Below, one piece after another: positions 51,348-63,895 of a DNA stretch of 64,000 nucleotides (position 1 is the first letter of the stretch; every line of letters starts with the position of its first letter). Made by a program: the position numbers and the translations under genes. The stretch spans positions 47,126,021-47,190,020 of the forward strand of contig NC_068999.1 of NCBI RefSeq assembly GCF_001194135.2, given 5' to 3'. Below the pieces are notes generated by a model. The model was given only the letters and a program-made list of their open reading frames with translations, was not told the origin of the DNA and did no database searches. The DNA comes from Octopus bimaculoides. Its lineage: Eukaryota.

Positions 51348-53870
51348 GGTGGGCTTCTTTTAGTTTCCACTCACAAGGCTTTGGTCAGCCCCAGGGCTAT
51401 AGAAGAAGACACTTGCCCAATGTGCCATGCAGTGGGACTGAACCCGAAACTACAAGGTTAGGAAGTAAATTTCTTACCGCACAGCCACACCTATGCTGTC
51501 TTTAACCATTGTCTTTAAGGATACAATAATATTCCAGGGTCCAAGCCTGATCCATGTGGGGATAAAACCTCTATAAAAAGCCATTAAGCCTTCAGTTCTG
51601 GCAGTCTGCAACAAAAAATAAAATTTAGAAATACTAAAAAATACTCTGGGCTTCTATGACAAAATAAAATGCAATCGACATTCTATAATTTATTATTTTT
51701 TTAGTTCTTTACATCATTTTAGCCATCGCAACTCAGACCACACATGAGCACTGCATCCACATTATGTTTCTTGGCAATTTTATTTTTTTCTCTTATTTAC
51801 ATTTAATTTCTAAATGCCAGTTTAAATACAATTATGTTTTAACTTGGAAGGGTTGTCGTGCTATAAATAAACACACACTGGTTCTATTTTACTTCATTAT
51901 TATTATTTGACCAATTAACTAATGTTATGGACACTTTGACAAACAGATTGATTAACAGAATGATTAATCAAATAACTGATTAGTTGATTGGTCAAACAGT
52001 TAACAAATTGAATAATAAAGAAGTGAAATAGAACCAGTGCATGTGTTTATTATTGGCATAATGACCCTCCAAAGACAACAAAATATATTTCGACGCACTA
52101 ATTCACATCAAGAATCTTACAAACCAAATACAAAAATGAAATAAACAGAATTAGTCTTCCAGATAAAAATTTCATTGTGATTTACATTGACCCATAGGGC
52201 TTAACTTGTACTGAAAGTGAAAGTCGACCTCAGCAGAATTTGAACTCAAAACATAATGCTGCAAAGCATTTTGCCAGGCATGCTGATGATTCTTCCAGCT
52301 CCTTGCTTCAAGGATTATCATAATAATGGTTTCAAATTTTTGCGCAAGGCCAGCAATTTCAAGGGAGGGATTAAGTCGATTACATTAACTCCATGTTCAA
52401 CTGGCATTTATTTTATTAGCCCTGAAAGGATGAAAGGCAAAGTTGACCTTGACAGAAAGAACATTAGCAGATGGAATGCCACTAAACATTTTGCCAGACA
52501 TACGGTCTTGCTCCCGTGCCGGTGGCACGTAAAAAGCACGATTTGAGTGCGATCGTTTCCAGCTTCGCCTTACTGGCACTTGTGCCAATGGCATGTGAAC
52601 AAAACATTGGACTGACTCCTGTACAAGTGGCACATGAAAAACACCATTTGAGCGTGGCTGTTGCCAGTACCACCGGACTCGCCTTCGTGCCAGTGGCACG
52701 TAAAAGCACCCACTACACTCTCGGAGTGGTTGGCATTAGGAAGGGCATCCAGCTGTAGAAACTCTGCCAGATCAGATTGGAGCCTGGTGTAGCCATCTGC
52801 TTCGCCAGTCCCCAGTCAAATCGTCCAACCCATGCTAGCATGGAAAGCGGACGTTAAATGATGATGATGATGATGATGACTAATGATTCTGCCAGTTCAC
52901 TACCTTAAGGATTATCATAATATTAAGCTGTGAAACTAAATAGAAGTGATGTTTCAAGTAAGAATTTAAAACATTATTTAAATCAAACATTTAAAAGTAA
53001 ATGGGAAAAGGAATTACTTGAACGATACAGTCCAGTGAAGAGGTGTATATGGCAGAAGCAGTCCCGTTGGTCGTCTTTAATACACGTTGATTCATTAAAC
53101 GAGTCTAAAAATTAAAAAATCAGGAGTAGAAGACAAAAATACTTCAATATTTTTCAAATAGTTTTACTTCAGTAAAATACAAACATATGTTAAGTGGAGC
53201 TATAAAGAGCATCGACAGAGTTATCTACTCTTACATGAGTATCAATTTTTTTTTTTTTTTTATAACTTACTAGAGATTAAGAAAATAGGTTAACAAATTT
53301 CAGAGAGCAACATAATCAATTAAACTCTTGAAGATTGTAAATGGATTGAGATTTTCCTCTTGGAGAAAAGAAACAAAACATCTGCCATCATTCATTTGTA
53401 GCTTCCGAAGAGGAGACAATTTCAATGAAGAGTAAAACATTTAAGTATGATGCTTAAAGGAAAAATCAAATCCTTGTTAGTTGGGATGATGTCAGCAATG
53501 TTTCAGACTTATTGGAACTTGTTAGCAAAGCACAAATAAGTGGAATACAATTGATGGAAAAAAAAAAGCATAGGTTCTTAGATATACAATTCTGTTCTAA
53601 TAATTGTATTTGAGATTAAAGACTAATTTACTGATGTAGATCATATACACCAACTCATTCTTTCTTCTTTTTCTTGTTTCAGTCAATTGACTGCAGCCAT
53701 GCTGGAGCACCACCTTTAGTCGAGCAAATCAACCCCAGGACTTCTTTGTAAGCCTAGTACTTATTCTATTGTTCTCTTTTGCTGAACAGCTAGGTTACAG
53801 GGACATAAACACACCAACATAAGTGTCAAGTAATGGTGGGCGGTGGGGACAAGCAGACACACAAGTACAA

Positions 53871-53925
<55 letters not shown>

Positions 53926-56900
53926 TACATACATACGACGGGTTTCTTTCAGTTTCCGTCTACCAAATTCACTCACTAGGCTTTGGTCGACCCAAGTCTA
54001 TATATATATATATATATATATATTATACATATGGATATATACATATACACACACACAAACAGGCTTCTGTCAGTTTCCATCTACCAAATCCATTCATAAG
54101 GCCTTGCTCAGTCTGGAGCTATAGTAGAAGACACTTGCACAAGGCGGCATTCAGTGAGACTGAACCCATGTGGTCAGGAAGCAAACTTCTTACCCCCTCA
54201 ACCACATCAGTGCCATGTTTACTAGAAAACTGTTAACAGATTTACAAACTCACTTACCTTCACAACATCAATGGGGTTAGACGTTATAGCACCAGCAAGT
54301 CCAGCAGTAAAACTGGCACTAAACAAAGGTAAAAAAAGAAAAAGAAAATACGTGCAATCACATTTTCAAAATCTCAAAGCTCTGGGATAAGGCATGATTA
54401 AGTCAAAACAATGTAAACAGATAAGCTGTGACATCAGGAGATACTGATAAATCGGGTATAGCTGATCGTGTAGGGAAAAATGAAGACCACCTCCCCGCTG
54501 TGGGATGAAGTTAAAATAATAGATAGAGAACATCACTGGAAAATACGAAAACTAAAAGCAGCAGCACATATGCTAGGACACAAGCTCCTAAGCAGACAGA
54601 GTCCAGATGCGAGTAGCATATGGGAACCGGTATTAAGGAAGGATAGGAGAATATTAGATTTATAAGATTTATATTAGGTTTCACATTTGCTTTCCATGCT
54701 GGCATGGGTTGGACAGTTTGACAGGAACTGACCAGGTAGAAGACTGCTCCAGACTTCTGTCTGCTTTGGCATGGTTGTTATGGCCGGATGCCCTTCCTAG
54801 CACCAACCACCCAGTAGAGTGGACAAAATGCTTTTTATGTGACAGAGGTACAGGCGAGGTCATAGGTTTTACAGTTGGATGCCCTTCCAAATGCCAACCA
54901 CTTCAGTGTGGACTGGATGCTTTTTGTATGGCACCAACATTGGCAGGGTCACCAAGTAACTTGCAAGACAAGGATCCTTTGAGAGGTGATCGTGTGGCAG
55001 ATGATGAAAGATTAGTGTGGGAAACAGAGACAGAAACAGGTGTTTTGCTGTAGAAGAAGTACATGGTTGCCTGGCCAGAGAGAGAGAGAGAAAGATCAAG
55101 AATGAGGACAGGAACAGGTGTGCTGCTATCCAAGATAATAAGGGAAACATCGATAAACTTACATGAAGTGTGTTCCTGCATGGTCTTCCATAGATTCAGA
55201 TTTCAAGATGTGTTTCTTTGTGATATCATAGACAGGCAATTCTACTCCTGCTACAATAGCAGCCCTCTGGGCAGTTGGAACAACTCCCTGCAAGAATTAA
55301 TATTCAAAGTTTTGAACAAAATATATATACACAAGTTACAAAAATTTAAACAAAAATATCAAACCCTAAACATTAAATGATGATGATACTTCAGTGAGAC
55401 ATAACCAAAGAGTAATAAACCAAAGTTAGTGAACAAAGAAGGAAGAAATTGATAACCTAAAGCAAATAAAATGTTTGAAACTTTTTAAGTTTGTCTCAAA
55501 ATTTTGACTTTATATGGATATTTGGAAATAGTGAAGAAAAAAGATGACAAAAAAAAAACTGAAAGAAACAAAAAAAAAAAGTAAAGAAAAAATACTCACT
55601 CTCCATAATCCTCGAACACCTTCTTTCTTGTAAATTTGTATAAAAGACTCAAACATTGAAGTCTGTAAACTTTCAGTCTTAGCTTGCATCCTTACCTTTA
55701 AGCAATAAAATAATTTTTCAGTTAAAATTACTCTGTATGATGTGTAACAGGAGTAAGATATTTGTTCATTTGTCTGTGTATCAAACCCTTCTGTTCCCCA
55801 TCTTTCTCTTTATGTGTGAGCAGATTTCTTTTTATGTGTATTCGGAGACGGGAAGTGTTTATGTCAAACATATTCAATTAATAAACTAATATGTCTTTCT
55901 GTCTCTCCTTCTCACACATTTTCTGTTTGTGGGTGAACATCTCTTTATGTGTATGAAGGAACAGAAAGCGTTTATGTGAAACATGTTCAATTAATAAATC
56001 ATGTCTCTCTCACTCTTTCTATCTGTATGTATATATGTGTGTGTATTTGTCCCCAGCACTGGAAAGTACTTTTGCCAAAACAGGATGAATGTCCACTCAG
56101 TTATGCCAAACCATCAGCATTCTGACAGCTGCACCCAATTGTTCTCATTCCATTTTGTTCCTTATCATTTCAATCCAGGGCTTCTACCATTTTTGTCTCC
56201 ATCTCGCATCAGAAACACAAAGTTCCAACCGAAAGTCTTTGCACTTTGTAACAGATCACCTACCATTTCATTCATCACCATTTAACATCCATTTTCCATG
56301 CTGGCATGGTTGGATGACTTGACAGAAGCTGGCATGGCATGGCATGGCCTGGGGCCATAACAGGCACCACCGTCTGTTTTGGTTTGGTTTCTATAACTGG
56401 ATGCCCTTCCTAATGACAACTACCTTACAAAGAATAGGAAAAATCTAATGTGTGTGTGTGTGTGTGCGTGTGTGTGCATGCACCAACCAGTGATGCATAA
56501 AATATACAAAATAGAAACTATCATAAGTGATAGCTAGTTTTACAGTAAAATGTTGAGCAACAAATGGATTCTTACTTTGAGTACGTCAGTAGGATTAGCT
56601 ATAGAACTTGAAACTATACCAGCAACAACACCGCAAAAAACATTTGTGGCAAGTGTTTCATCTGAAATGAATACAGAACAGCATAAGATTAATGTTGGGA
56701 AGATCAATAATCAGGATGAATATTTGCAAAGTATTTAAAATATTTTCTAGCTATCTAATAAAGAATGCTTACTGAATAATAATAATAATGATAAATTGCC
56801 CTGATTCAGTACCACACAATGGCTCTGATGGCTTCTGATCTTAACTGATTGGAAGTGTTATCATGTACATTGTTTTGTCTAGGTATAAAAGATGGGCTAC

Positions 56901-59900
56901 AGCAAATATTCTGCTCAATACCACAGATTTGCTTGTCAGTTGTTTGACCTTAACCAGTTGAGCATGTCCCTTGGTAGCTGACGATATGTGCATCTCTGAT
57001 CACGAGCAGAAGTAGTGGGGGAGCATCATAGCCATGTGTTGAGAGGAATTCTTTGGGGTTTGAATAATTCACCTCTGGAAATATGGGTGTTTTGTTAAAC
57101 AAACATCCTTAAACAAACCTTATTCAGGGACCTTTTGAGCAGGATGGGCTACTTGACCTGAAGAAAATTCTAACTGGGTCCCACCTGCAAGGTCATGTGC
57201 TGTGTTGCGCACATATGGTTGTGATGCATGTGCCTGGTGTACCCTTATCAGACAGGTAGTCATAATGGATATACTGGGCTTTGTATATTTTACTCCAGTG
57301 TCACATTTTTTGCTCTCAGTCAATAATAATAATGGTTTCAAATTTTGCCACAAGGGCAGCAATTTTGGTGGGGAGGATAAGTCGATCACATCGACCCCAG
57401 TATGCAACTGGTACTTAATTTACCAACCTCGAAAGGATGAAAGGCAAAGTCAACCCCAACGGAATTTGAATTCAGAACATCAATATAATAATAATGAAAA
57501 TGATGATGATGATAATAATAATAATAATTAAAAAAAAAAGACAAACTTACCCATTGGGTTGGACACAAACATTCTTTTCATTGACTGGTAAATACCAATT
57601 TTGATAGTTCCATAAGTAGCTTGTCGTAAAATGGCAGGACCAATTCTGCAATATTCAGGATGAATACTTCATCTCAGTGAAACGCATAGTTTTGGGGTTG
57701 GTACAAAAGATCTTGCCCAGGATGCTAGAGACATCATGTAGCAAAAACAAAGGCAGGATGGCCATAGCTGGAATACTTGTGATTATATGCCTGCTGAATG
57801 AGGGATGGCCTAGGGTTGCATAACAACTACTAACTCAGCATGTGAGGATTACATATCATCATCCTTCAACATCTATTTTCAATGCTGGCATGGGTTGGAC
57901 AATTCAACAGAAGCTGGCAAGCTAAAGAACTGCACCAATCTCCATTGTCGGCTTTGGTATGATTCATGTGGCTGAGTGCCGTTCCTAATGCCAACAACTT
58001 TACAGCATATACCGATTGTTTGTTTTTTTATGTGGCACCAGCACCAGTGAGGTCACCAAGTAACTTGCAAGACAAGGCCCCTGTCTCAACTGAGGTGGGT
58101 CTCGAGAAAAGTAGCTTTGATGAAAGGTTAAACTTTTAGCATTCAGATTTCTTTGTCAATTGTATTGCGTATTTATTCACATTGTTTTGAAAATTATGTA
58201 TTGTTTTTAGTGTTAAAGATTTCAATGGTGTGTTTGTATATTTTTTAGAATGTCATTGTAGGGTAGGTGTAAGAGGTTGGACCAGATCAGTTTTAACATA
58301 AAACAGGTAGAGTATTTGGGCCAGATATTGCTGGATTAAATATTAAAGGTGCATGGCTCAGTGGTTAGAGCATCAGGCTCACAATCTTGAAGTAGCGAGT
58401 TCAATTCCTTGACCGGGCTATTAGTTGTGTTCTTGAGCAAGACACTTCATTTTACATTGCTCCAATTCACTCAGCTGTAGAAATGAGTTGTGACATCACT
58501 GGTGCCAAGCTGTATCAACCCCTTTGCCTTTCCCTTGGATAACATTGGTGTGGAGAGGGGAGGCTGGTATGCATGGGCGACTGCTGGTCTTCCATAAACA
58601 GCCTTGCCTGAACTTGTGCCTCAGAGGGTAACTTTCTAGGTCCAATCCCATGTTAATTCATGACCGGAGTGGGTTTTTAAATACTAAAGGATTAAAGTAT
58701 GCTAAAAAGACAGGAACAGGTATCTTCCTATATGTTGAAAATATACATCTTTTGTGGCCACAGCTATGTTAAGGACCAAACAAGCAACAGTGAGACGTTT
58801 GAACCATGTACATGGAGAAATTTACTTACCCTGAATAGAATGCTACGAGTCCTTCTTCGCGGAAGATTCTCACAAAAGCATGAAACATACCCCGGTATTT
58901 GCATTCTGTTAGCCTTGAATCAATAACTTGCCCTTGCACCTGCAGACGTGTTTTTGTGGTGTCAATTGGAAATGTCCCTATTTTTTGAAAGAAAGGACAA
59001 AAATATTTCAGTAAGAAAATGTGTTATTTAATATTTTACAGAATAGATAATAATATTTGTGAATGGATGGTTCTTGAGATAGTGAAAGAAATGAATGAAA
59101 CTTTGCCAAAAATATGAATCTTAACTTTATTTAACCCCATACTAGTTTGAAAGAAATAACAACTAATACCAGTTTAGGATCAAGTCAGATCTTATTCAAC
59201 ATTTCACACAGGGCATTGTGAAAAATGTCCAAGTCTAATCAGCCAAAGTTACCACTGAATGTAACATGCTCGACAGCGAAACATCGTTAGAGATAATCTT
59301 TAAAGGTTTATGTATCTAGTATGAAGTTGAGGAGAATGAGTGAAGGAGAGAGGAATGTAAAATCAATCTAAAAGACTCCAAAACTGTCGGAATACTGAAC
59401 AAGAATGGTTTTAAGTGGTAGTGAGTAAACAAAATTTAGAAAACAAAAAAAAAATACAAAGAAAGAAAAGAAATTGACAACTTTAGTCTAACAGAAACTG
59501 TATTCATTGAACAAAGGCTATATTAATTCTTTGACACTCTTACAGCCATTAAAGTGTATTTAACTAATCTTCCTATCATTTTTCTTTCTGTAGCTGACAT
59601 ACCAATCTTACTCTGTAATTATGGAGTAATTTAATGGAGTGAAAACTCAACTGTTCTTATAAAGGTGAGTAACCATGTAGTAGTTCTACAACAAGTACCT
59701 GCTTACCACCCACCTCTCTCTCATACTTTATTCCAGTGGTTCCCAACAACTTTTTTTCCTGTGGACCCCTTTGGTTCCAATTTTACAGACGGACCCTCAT
59801 ACCCAGTTGATGTTTAACAAATCCTATCATATTTTTATAAAAAAAAAAAAAACATTGTTAAAATATTTTGTGTATTGTAAAAGTAGAACCAATTTATTGC

Positions 59901-61421
59901 AGATAAGTTTTAACAGAATCTTAAGTGGACCCCAAAGGCCTTAATTCCAATGCTTTAATTCCTCATCTCCTAGTATAAAGCTGCCACACCCACCCCTCAT
60001 ATCAGGCTCTGTAGTCTTGTGAGCTGTATAGTAACCTTGCTAGTGTTGGTGGCATGAAAGCATGCACTCAGTACACCCTGTAAAATGGTTGGCATTAAAA
60101 AGGGGCAGCCAGTCATAGAAACCATACCAAAGCAGACACTGGAGCATGATGCAATCCTTGGACCCATTAGATCCCGTCAAAGCACCTGACCCATGCCAGA
60201 ATGGAACATGGACCTTAAATGACGATAACAAAAACTAAATCATTAGCCTCTTGCCCATTCTCCAAACCTCCAAACATTCCAATCTACACACACGTACACT
60301 CTCTCTCTTGCTCTCTCCACTCCTGTTAAGATGGGTTTGGCTTATGTGATCTTGACTTATTTCAGCTGATAACTTATTCAAAATTTATCAGGATATAACA
60401 ATTTCCTGGCAAATATTCTGAGTGCCTCTCAGGTTTTTAATTTACATATTCAACACAGTTATGTAAACAGGACATAATGAGCAAGCTTCTATGAGATCAT
60501 TTGATTTCCTGAAAATAGCAGCCAAATCCTCCTTCAAATCTCATCCTAGTCTTAAAAAAAAAAAACAACCAAAAAAACGGTAAAGATAAGCCTTAAAATG
60601 TAGGTCTAGCAACAGTTGGAACATTTTTGATCACAGTGGTCAGCTTGATCAGATATGAGCAGGAGTTAAACAACAAGGATATACTATATATATATAATCT
60701 CACGTCCACTATACTTTAAAAGTACAAAAAAAAAAAAAAAAAAAAAAAAAAACCACCAGTCCTTCTCTGTCTGGTACTTCAAGTATATCCTGGAAAGAAT
60801 GATGGATGGTAATACAAGCTTCGAAAGAATCTGCAACTAACAAAAACAGGTTTCTGTCACAAATCTCTATGTTCTCGTTGTATGGTATAGAGCAATGATT
60901 CCCACCATGGGGTATATGCCCCACTGGTGGGGCCTAGGAAAATTGTGGTGAGACATGGGATCCAGACATTTTTTTTTTCAAGTGGGACATGTAACTGAAA
61001 ATCTTTTTAAGCAGCAAACATACTACACCTAAATTCAGCCTAGCCAAACCAATCCCTCCAGCCAAGCATACTGCGTGAAGACTGTTTACTACAGAACAGT
61101 GCTTTTCTAATGCTCTAGTGTGGATATTTCTTTAAGGAAAGTATATAATTATGAAATATTAAAAATAAAGTTGTTTTTGTTCCAATCACCAGTGAAGCAT
61201 ACATTTTACTGGAAAATTATAGTGGCACGTGATGGAAAATAGGTTGGGAAATACTGGCAGAGAAGAAGAATTAGAAAAAGAAAGGTGACTTATCTTGACT
61301 GTGAGAGGATGAAAGGGGGAGGTGAATGAGGGTTCATTTTTATTGAGACAAAGCAACACTTACCGCACTCAGCTGTAACTGATGCCAAACCACCATATAC
61401 AAACGGTCTCCAATCACTCAT
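50335..61421 (-). CDS. SLC25A30: UCP5/KMCP1-like mitochondrial carrier, complement(join(50335..50373,51525..51605,53018..53104,54258..54318,55163..55287,55600..55695,56576..56661,57551..57645,58830..58977,61364..61421)), 876 nt = 291 aa + stop
   Basis: Ten exons with GT-AG ends and matching phases give [14 protein letters not shown]...[12 protein letters not shown]. It has three carrier signatures Px[DE]xx[KR] (PIDTTK, PTDVLK, PIDVVK), plus [18 protein letters not shown] and [10 protein letters not shown], typical of SLC25A14/SLC25A30. It is probably co-orthologous to both vertebrate genes. Confidence 0.93.
50374..51524 (-). other. U12-type (minor spliceosome) GT-AG intron
   Basis: 5' splice site GTATCCTT (51524-51517); branch site TTCCTTAAT (50391-50383) about 10 nt before the AG; no polypyrimidine tract. 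Confidence 0.88.
50417..50740. mobile_element. piggyBac-like MITE with an internal 98-bp duplication, inside the U12 intron
   Basis: Ends ttaccctttcattac / gtatcaaaaaggttaa; direct repeat at 50484 and 50582. Confidence 0.6.
51525..51605 (-). CDS. SLC25A30: SLC25A30-like exon ([27 protein letters not shown])
   Basis: CAG acceptor; followed by a GTATCCTT donor. Confidence 0.95.
51844..52072. mobile_element. MITE/foldback element with ~60-bp TIRs
   Basis: aataaacacacactggttctattttacttcattattatt versus the reverse complement of aataataaagaagtgaaatagaaccagtgcatgtgtttatt. Confidence 0.75.
52500..52878 (+). mobile_element. RTE 3' UTR-type repeat, young copy
   Basis: Four GTGCC-NNN-GGCAC-like units, terminal motif, (GAT)n tail. 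Confidence 0.85.
53018..53104 (-). CDS. SLC25A30: SLC25A30-like exon (TRLMNQR...SSLDCIVQ)
   Basis: TAG acceptor, GTAATT donor, 29 codons. Confidence 0.93.
54258..54318 (-). CDS. SLC25A30: SLC25A30-like exon ([20 protein letters not shown])
   Basis: TAG acceptor after a long polypyrimidine tract, GTAAGT donor, signature motif 3. Confidence 0.95.
54446..54665 (+). mobile_element. Penelope-like element, C-terminal part of the GIY-YIG endonuclease
   Basis: DKSGIADRV... then, after a frameshift, [27 protein letters not shown]...IWEPVL. Confidence 0.65.
54670..55000 (-). mobile_element. Older RTE-tailed repeat; related copies near 34428-34640, 38635-38820, 56270-56430, 57850-58075, 60030-60230
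   Basis: ttccatgctggcatgggttggac and ggatgcccttcctaatgccaacc motifs are shared with the RTE 3' UTR. Confidence 0.65.
55163..55287 (-). CDS. SLC25A30: SLC25A30-like exon ([21 protein letters not shown]...THF)
   Basis: CAG acceptor, GTAAGT donor. Confidence 0.95.
55600..55695 (-). CDS. SLC25A30: SLC25A30-like exon (VRMQAK...EGVRGLWR)
   Basis: AAG acceptor, GTGAGT donor, 32 codons. Confidence 0.93.
56576..56661 (-). CDS. SLC25A30: SLC25A30-like exon ([11 protein letters not shown]...NPTDVLK)
   Basis: CAG acceptor, GTAAGA donor, signature motif 2. Confidence 0.95.
56794..57321. mobile_element. Second copy of the (AAT)n-flanked ~530-bp repeat
   Basis: Co-linear with 14117-14647 and in the same orientation. 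Confidence 0.75.
57551..57645 (-). CDS. SLC25A30: SLC25A30-like exon ([20 protein letters not shown]...)
   Basis: CAG acceptor, GTAAGT donor, phases 2 to 1. Confidence 0.95.
58349..58678 (+). mobile_element. Third tRNA-derived SINE family; a diverged relative may lie near 45750-45960
   Basis: A box TGGCTCAGTGG (58354-58364), B box GAGTTCAATTCC (58397-58408), then a non-tRNA body. Confidence 0.75.
58830..58977 (-). CDS. SLC25A30: SLC25A30-like exon ([17 protein letters not shown]...AFYSG)
   Basis: TAG acceptor, GTAAGT donor, signature motif 1. Confidence 0.95.
60893..61256. mobile_element. hAT (Charlie-like) non-autonomous element; another hAT-like 5' end at 59734-59940
   Basis: TIR-like caatgattccca / ggttgggaaatactg; the 8-bp TSD is not clean. 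Confidence 0.55.
61364..61421 (-). CDS. SLC25A30: SLC25A30-like first coding exon ([19 protein letters not shown])
   Basis: ATG at 61421-61419, donor GTAAGT from 61363. A likely acceptor (ttacaacAG) just upstream of 61464 implies a further non-coding 5' exon. Confidence 0.9.
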
Positions 61422-63808
61422 TATGGGTAAAGCAGGACTTTTAAGGATTAAAGTCTGCTTTCAGCTGTTGTAAGGGCATCAAATATAAAATATAATTCAC
61501 TTTTAATTTGATGCTATGAATTAACTCGTAGAAGATAAATTTTAAGATTGAACCAAAGTTCAGCGACGAGAATGTTAGTCAATGGTTGAATGTCTAAAAG
61601 CTTGCCAGTTTAAACATGACCCATTTTGAATTAGATAACTGTGTGAAAGAATAACAGGATTCTAAAGACAAATTATTTTAACTATTTAACATTTTTATTC
61701 TAATTATGAATCTCTTTTTCATCATGTTTCGGTCATTAGACTGCAGCTATGTGGAGTGCCACCTTGAAGAATTTTTAGGCAAATGAATTGACACTGCGAC
61801 TCATTTCTCTTCTTTTCAGCTTGGTACTTATTCTATCGGTCTCTTTTATTGAACTGCTAGGTTATGGGGACATAAACATACTAACACCTGTTGTTAAGGA
61901 TGGGGCAGGGACAAACAGACACTAACATACACATATATATACACATACATATGTGTATGTGTGTGTGTGTTTGAAAAAAATTAATAGAAATGGTTTTTCT
62001 GGTAATTTTTTCACTATAATTATTAAATGTTTATCAGATTGGAGCCTGGTGCCACCTGGAATCATGTGGTTGGGAAGCAAACTTCTCACTACACAGATAC
62101 AATAAGGAATTGGTATAAACACTCAATCTTCAGTTTTTAATTCTATTTCAGGACCCATTTTTAACAACTCTAAAGAAATCGTCTAAGAGTGAGTGTTAAC
62201 GGAAAATTACATATGTTGACGTTATAGATCTAGTCATAGAGTTAATTAGGGAGTGCTATGAAGAGGATTTAAGTGAACAAAGTGAAGACGAAGGAAAATG
62301 GTCTCACATCTACTTCTCTAACAGGAAACACATATTTACTTGACTTAAGATTCATGAAGAGGCAAAGGCAAAAAAAAAAAATTAAAAATAACAACTTAAA
62401 GTGGAAATTTAAAGAATATTCGGAACATTTTATGCTATTTTGTTCATTCAACGTTATGTAAAAAGAAGAGGCGAACCTTTCACGATCTCAGGTAATTCAC
62501 CCAAAATGAAATCTATAGTAAGACAGACGAGACTGTCTCAATCTATGTAATGAGAAAATAAGATTTTGTAGAAAGCAGTTATTTTGCAAGTGAATCCAAC
62601 ACTCAACCAGTAATAGTGGTGTTTCTTTGTGAAGTAGTACGAATCTATTTTAATATCAGCCACTCGACTAATCAAGTGGATGAAGCACTGTTAGGTAGAT
62701 CTGTAAGAACTGTGCCGCCTTGTATCATCAGCGAATGGTACATGTTTTTGGACGTTTTTTTTTTAAATTTTTGTTTTGTTATGTTAGGGTTGTGTTTGAC
62801 ACTTTACACTACTAAGCTATTTAACCTTTATAATTCATCTTCTTGTTTTAGTCATTTGACTGTGGCCATACTGGAGCACCACCTTGAAGGGTTTTATTTG
62901 AACAAATCAACCCCAGTATTCATCCCCCCCCCCAAAAAAAAAGTCAGGTACATATTCTATAAGTCTCTTTTGCCAAACCATTAAGTCAGAGACGTAAACA
63001 AACCAACACTGGTTGTCAAGAGGTAGTGGGGAGAAATACGCAAAAATAAATAAATATATGGTAAGCTGGCTTCCCAACCATGTGGTTCTGGGTTCAGTCC
63101 CACTGTGTGGCACCTTAAGCAAGTGTCTTTTAAGTGTAGCACCTTGGGCAAGTGTTTCAGGCTAACCAAAGCCTTGTGAGTGGAGTTGGTAGATGGAAAC
63201 TGAAAGAAGCCTATCACATATACATATATAATATCTTTGGTTTGTGTCTGTTCCACCACCACCACCACTTGACAACCAGTGTTTGTGTGTTTACAAACCC
63301 ATAACTTAGCAGTTAACTCTACAACTTAACTAGAGAGAGAGAGAGAGAGAGAGAAAGAGAGGGAGAGAAGGAAAGATAAAGCACGATTTATTCTGTATAT
63401 TAATTTATACTGTATATCAATATTTAAAAAGTCTTTCAATCACATCAAACATTAGGATCATTAAACTTTCTTCTGAAAACACTACAACATAATTTTTTGA
63501 ATAATTCTACAACAAAATCTGGCATACAAACATTAGTGCCCTTCACCCAACGACTGTTTCCTCATAGCTTTCACGAAAAAAAAAAAAAGGGGCATTTTTT
63601 AATTAAATTTTTCTACAGGTATGGTTGCATGGCAAGAAGCTTGCTTCCCAAACACCTGGTTCTGGGTTCAGTCCCACTATGCAACACCTTGAGCTAGTGT
63701 CTTCTACTATAGCCTTGAGCCAACCAAAGCCTTGTGAGTGGATTTGGTATTTAGATTTCAGAAGCCCGTTGTGTGTGTATGTATGTATGTGTATATATAT
63801 ATATATAT

Positions 63809-63895
63809 GGGCGGAGGTAAAGAATACACAAACCATCAGTTTTCGGCGTAACCCTAACCCTAAACACCGGGTGTGCATATTATTTACCTTCGCCT
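63809..63895. mobile_element. 87-bp inverted-repeat mini-element containing TAACCC repeats
   Basis: GGCGGAGGTAAA ... TTTACCTTCGCC around taaccctaaccctaa, inserted in the microsatellite of a SINE A copy. Confidence 0.55.

Noticed and set aside
58349-58425. tRNA gene
   Set aside because: A and B boxes are present, but the acceptor and anticodon stems are degenerate and the sequence runs into a SINE body.
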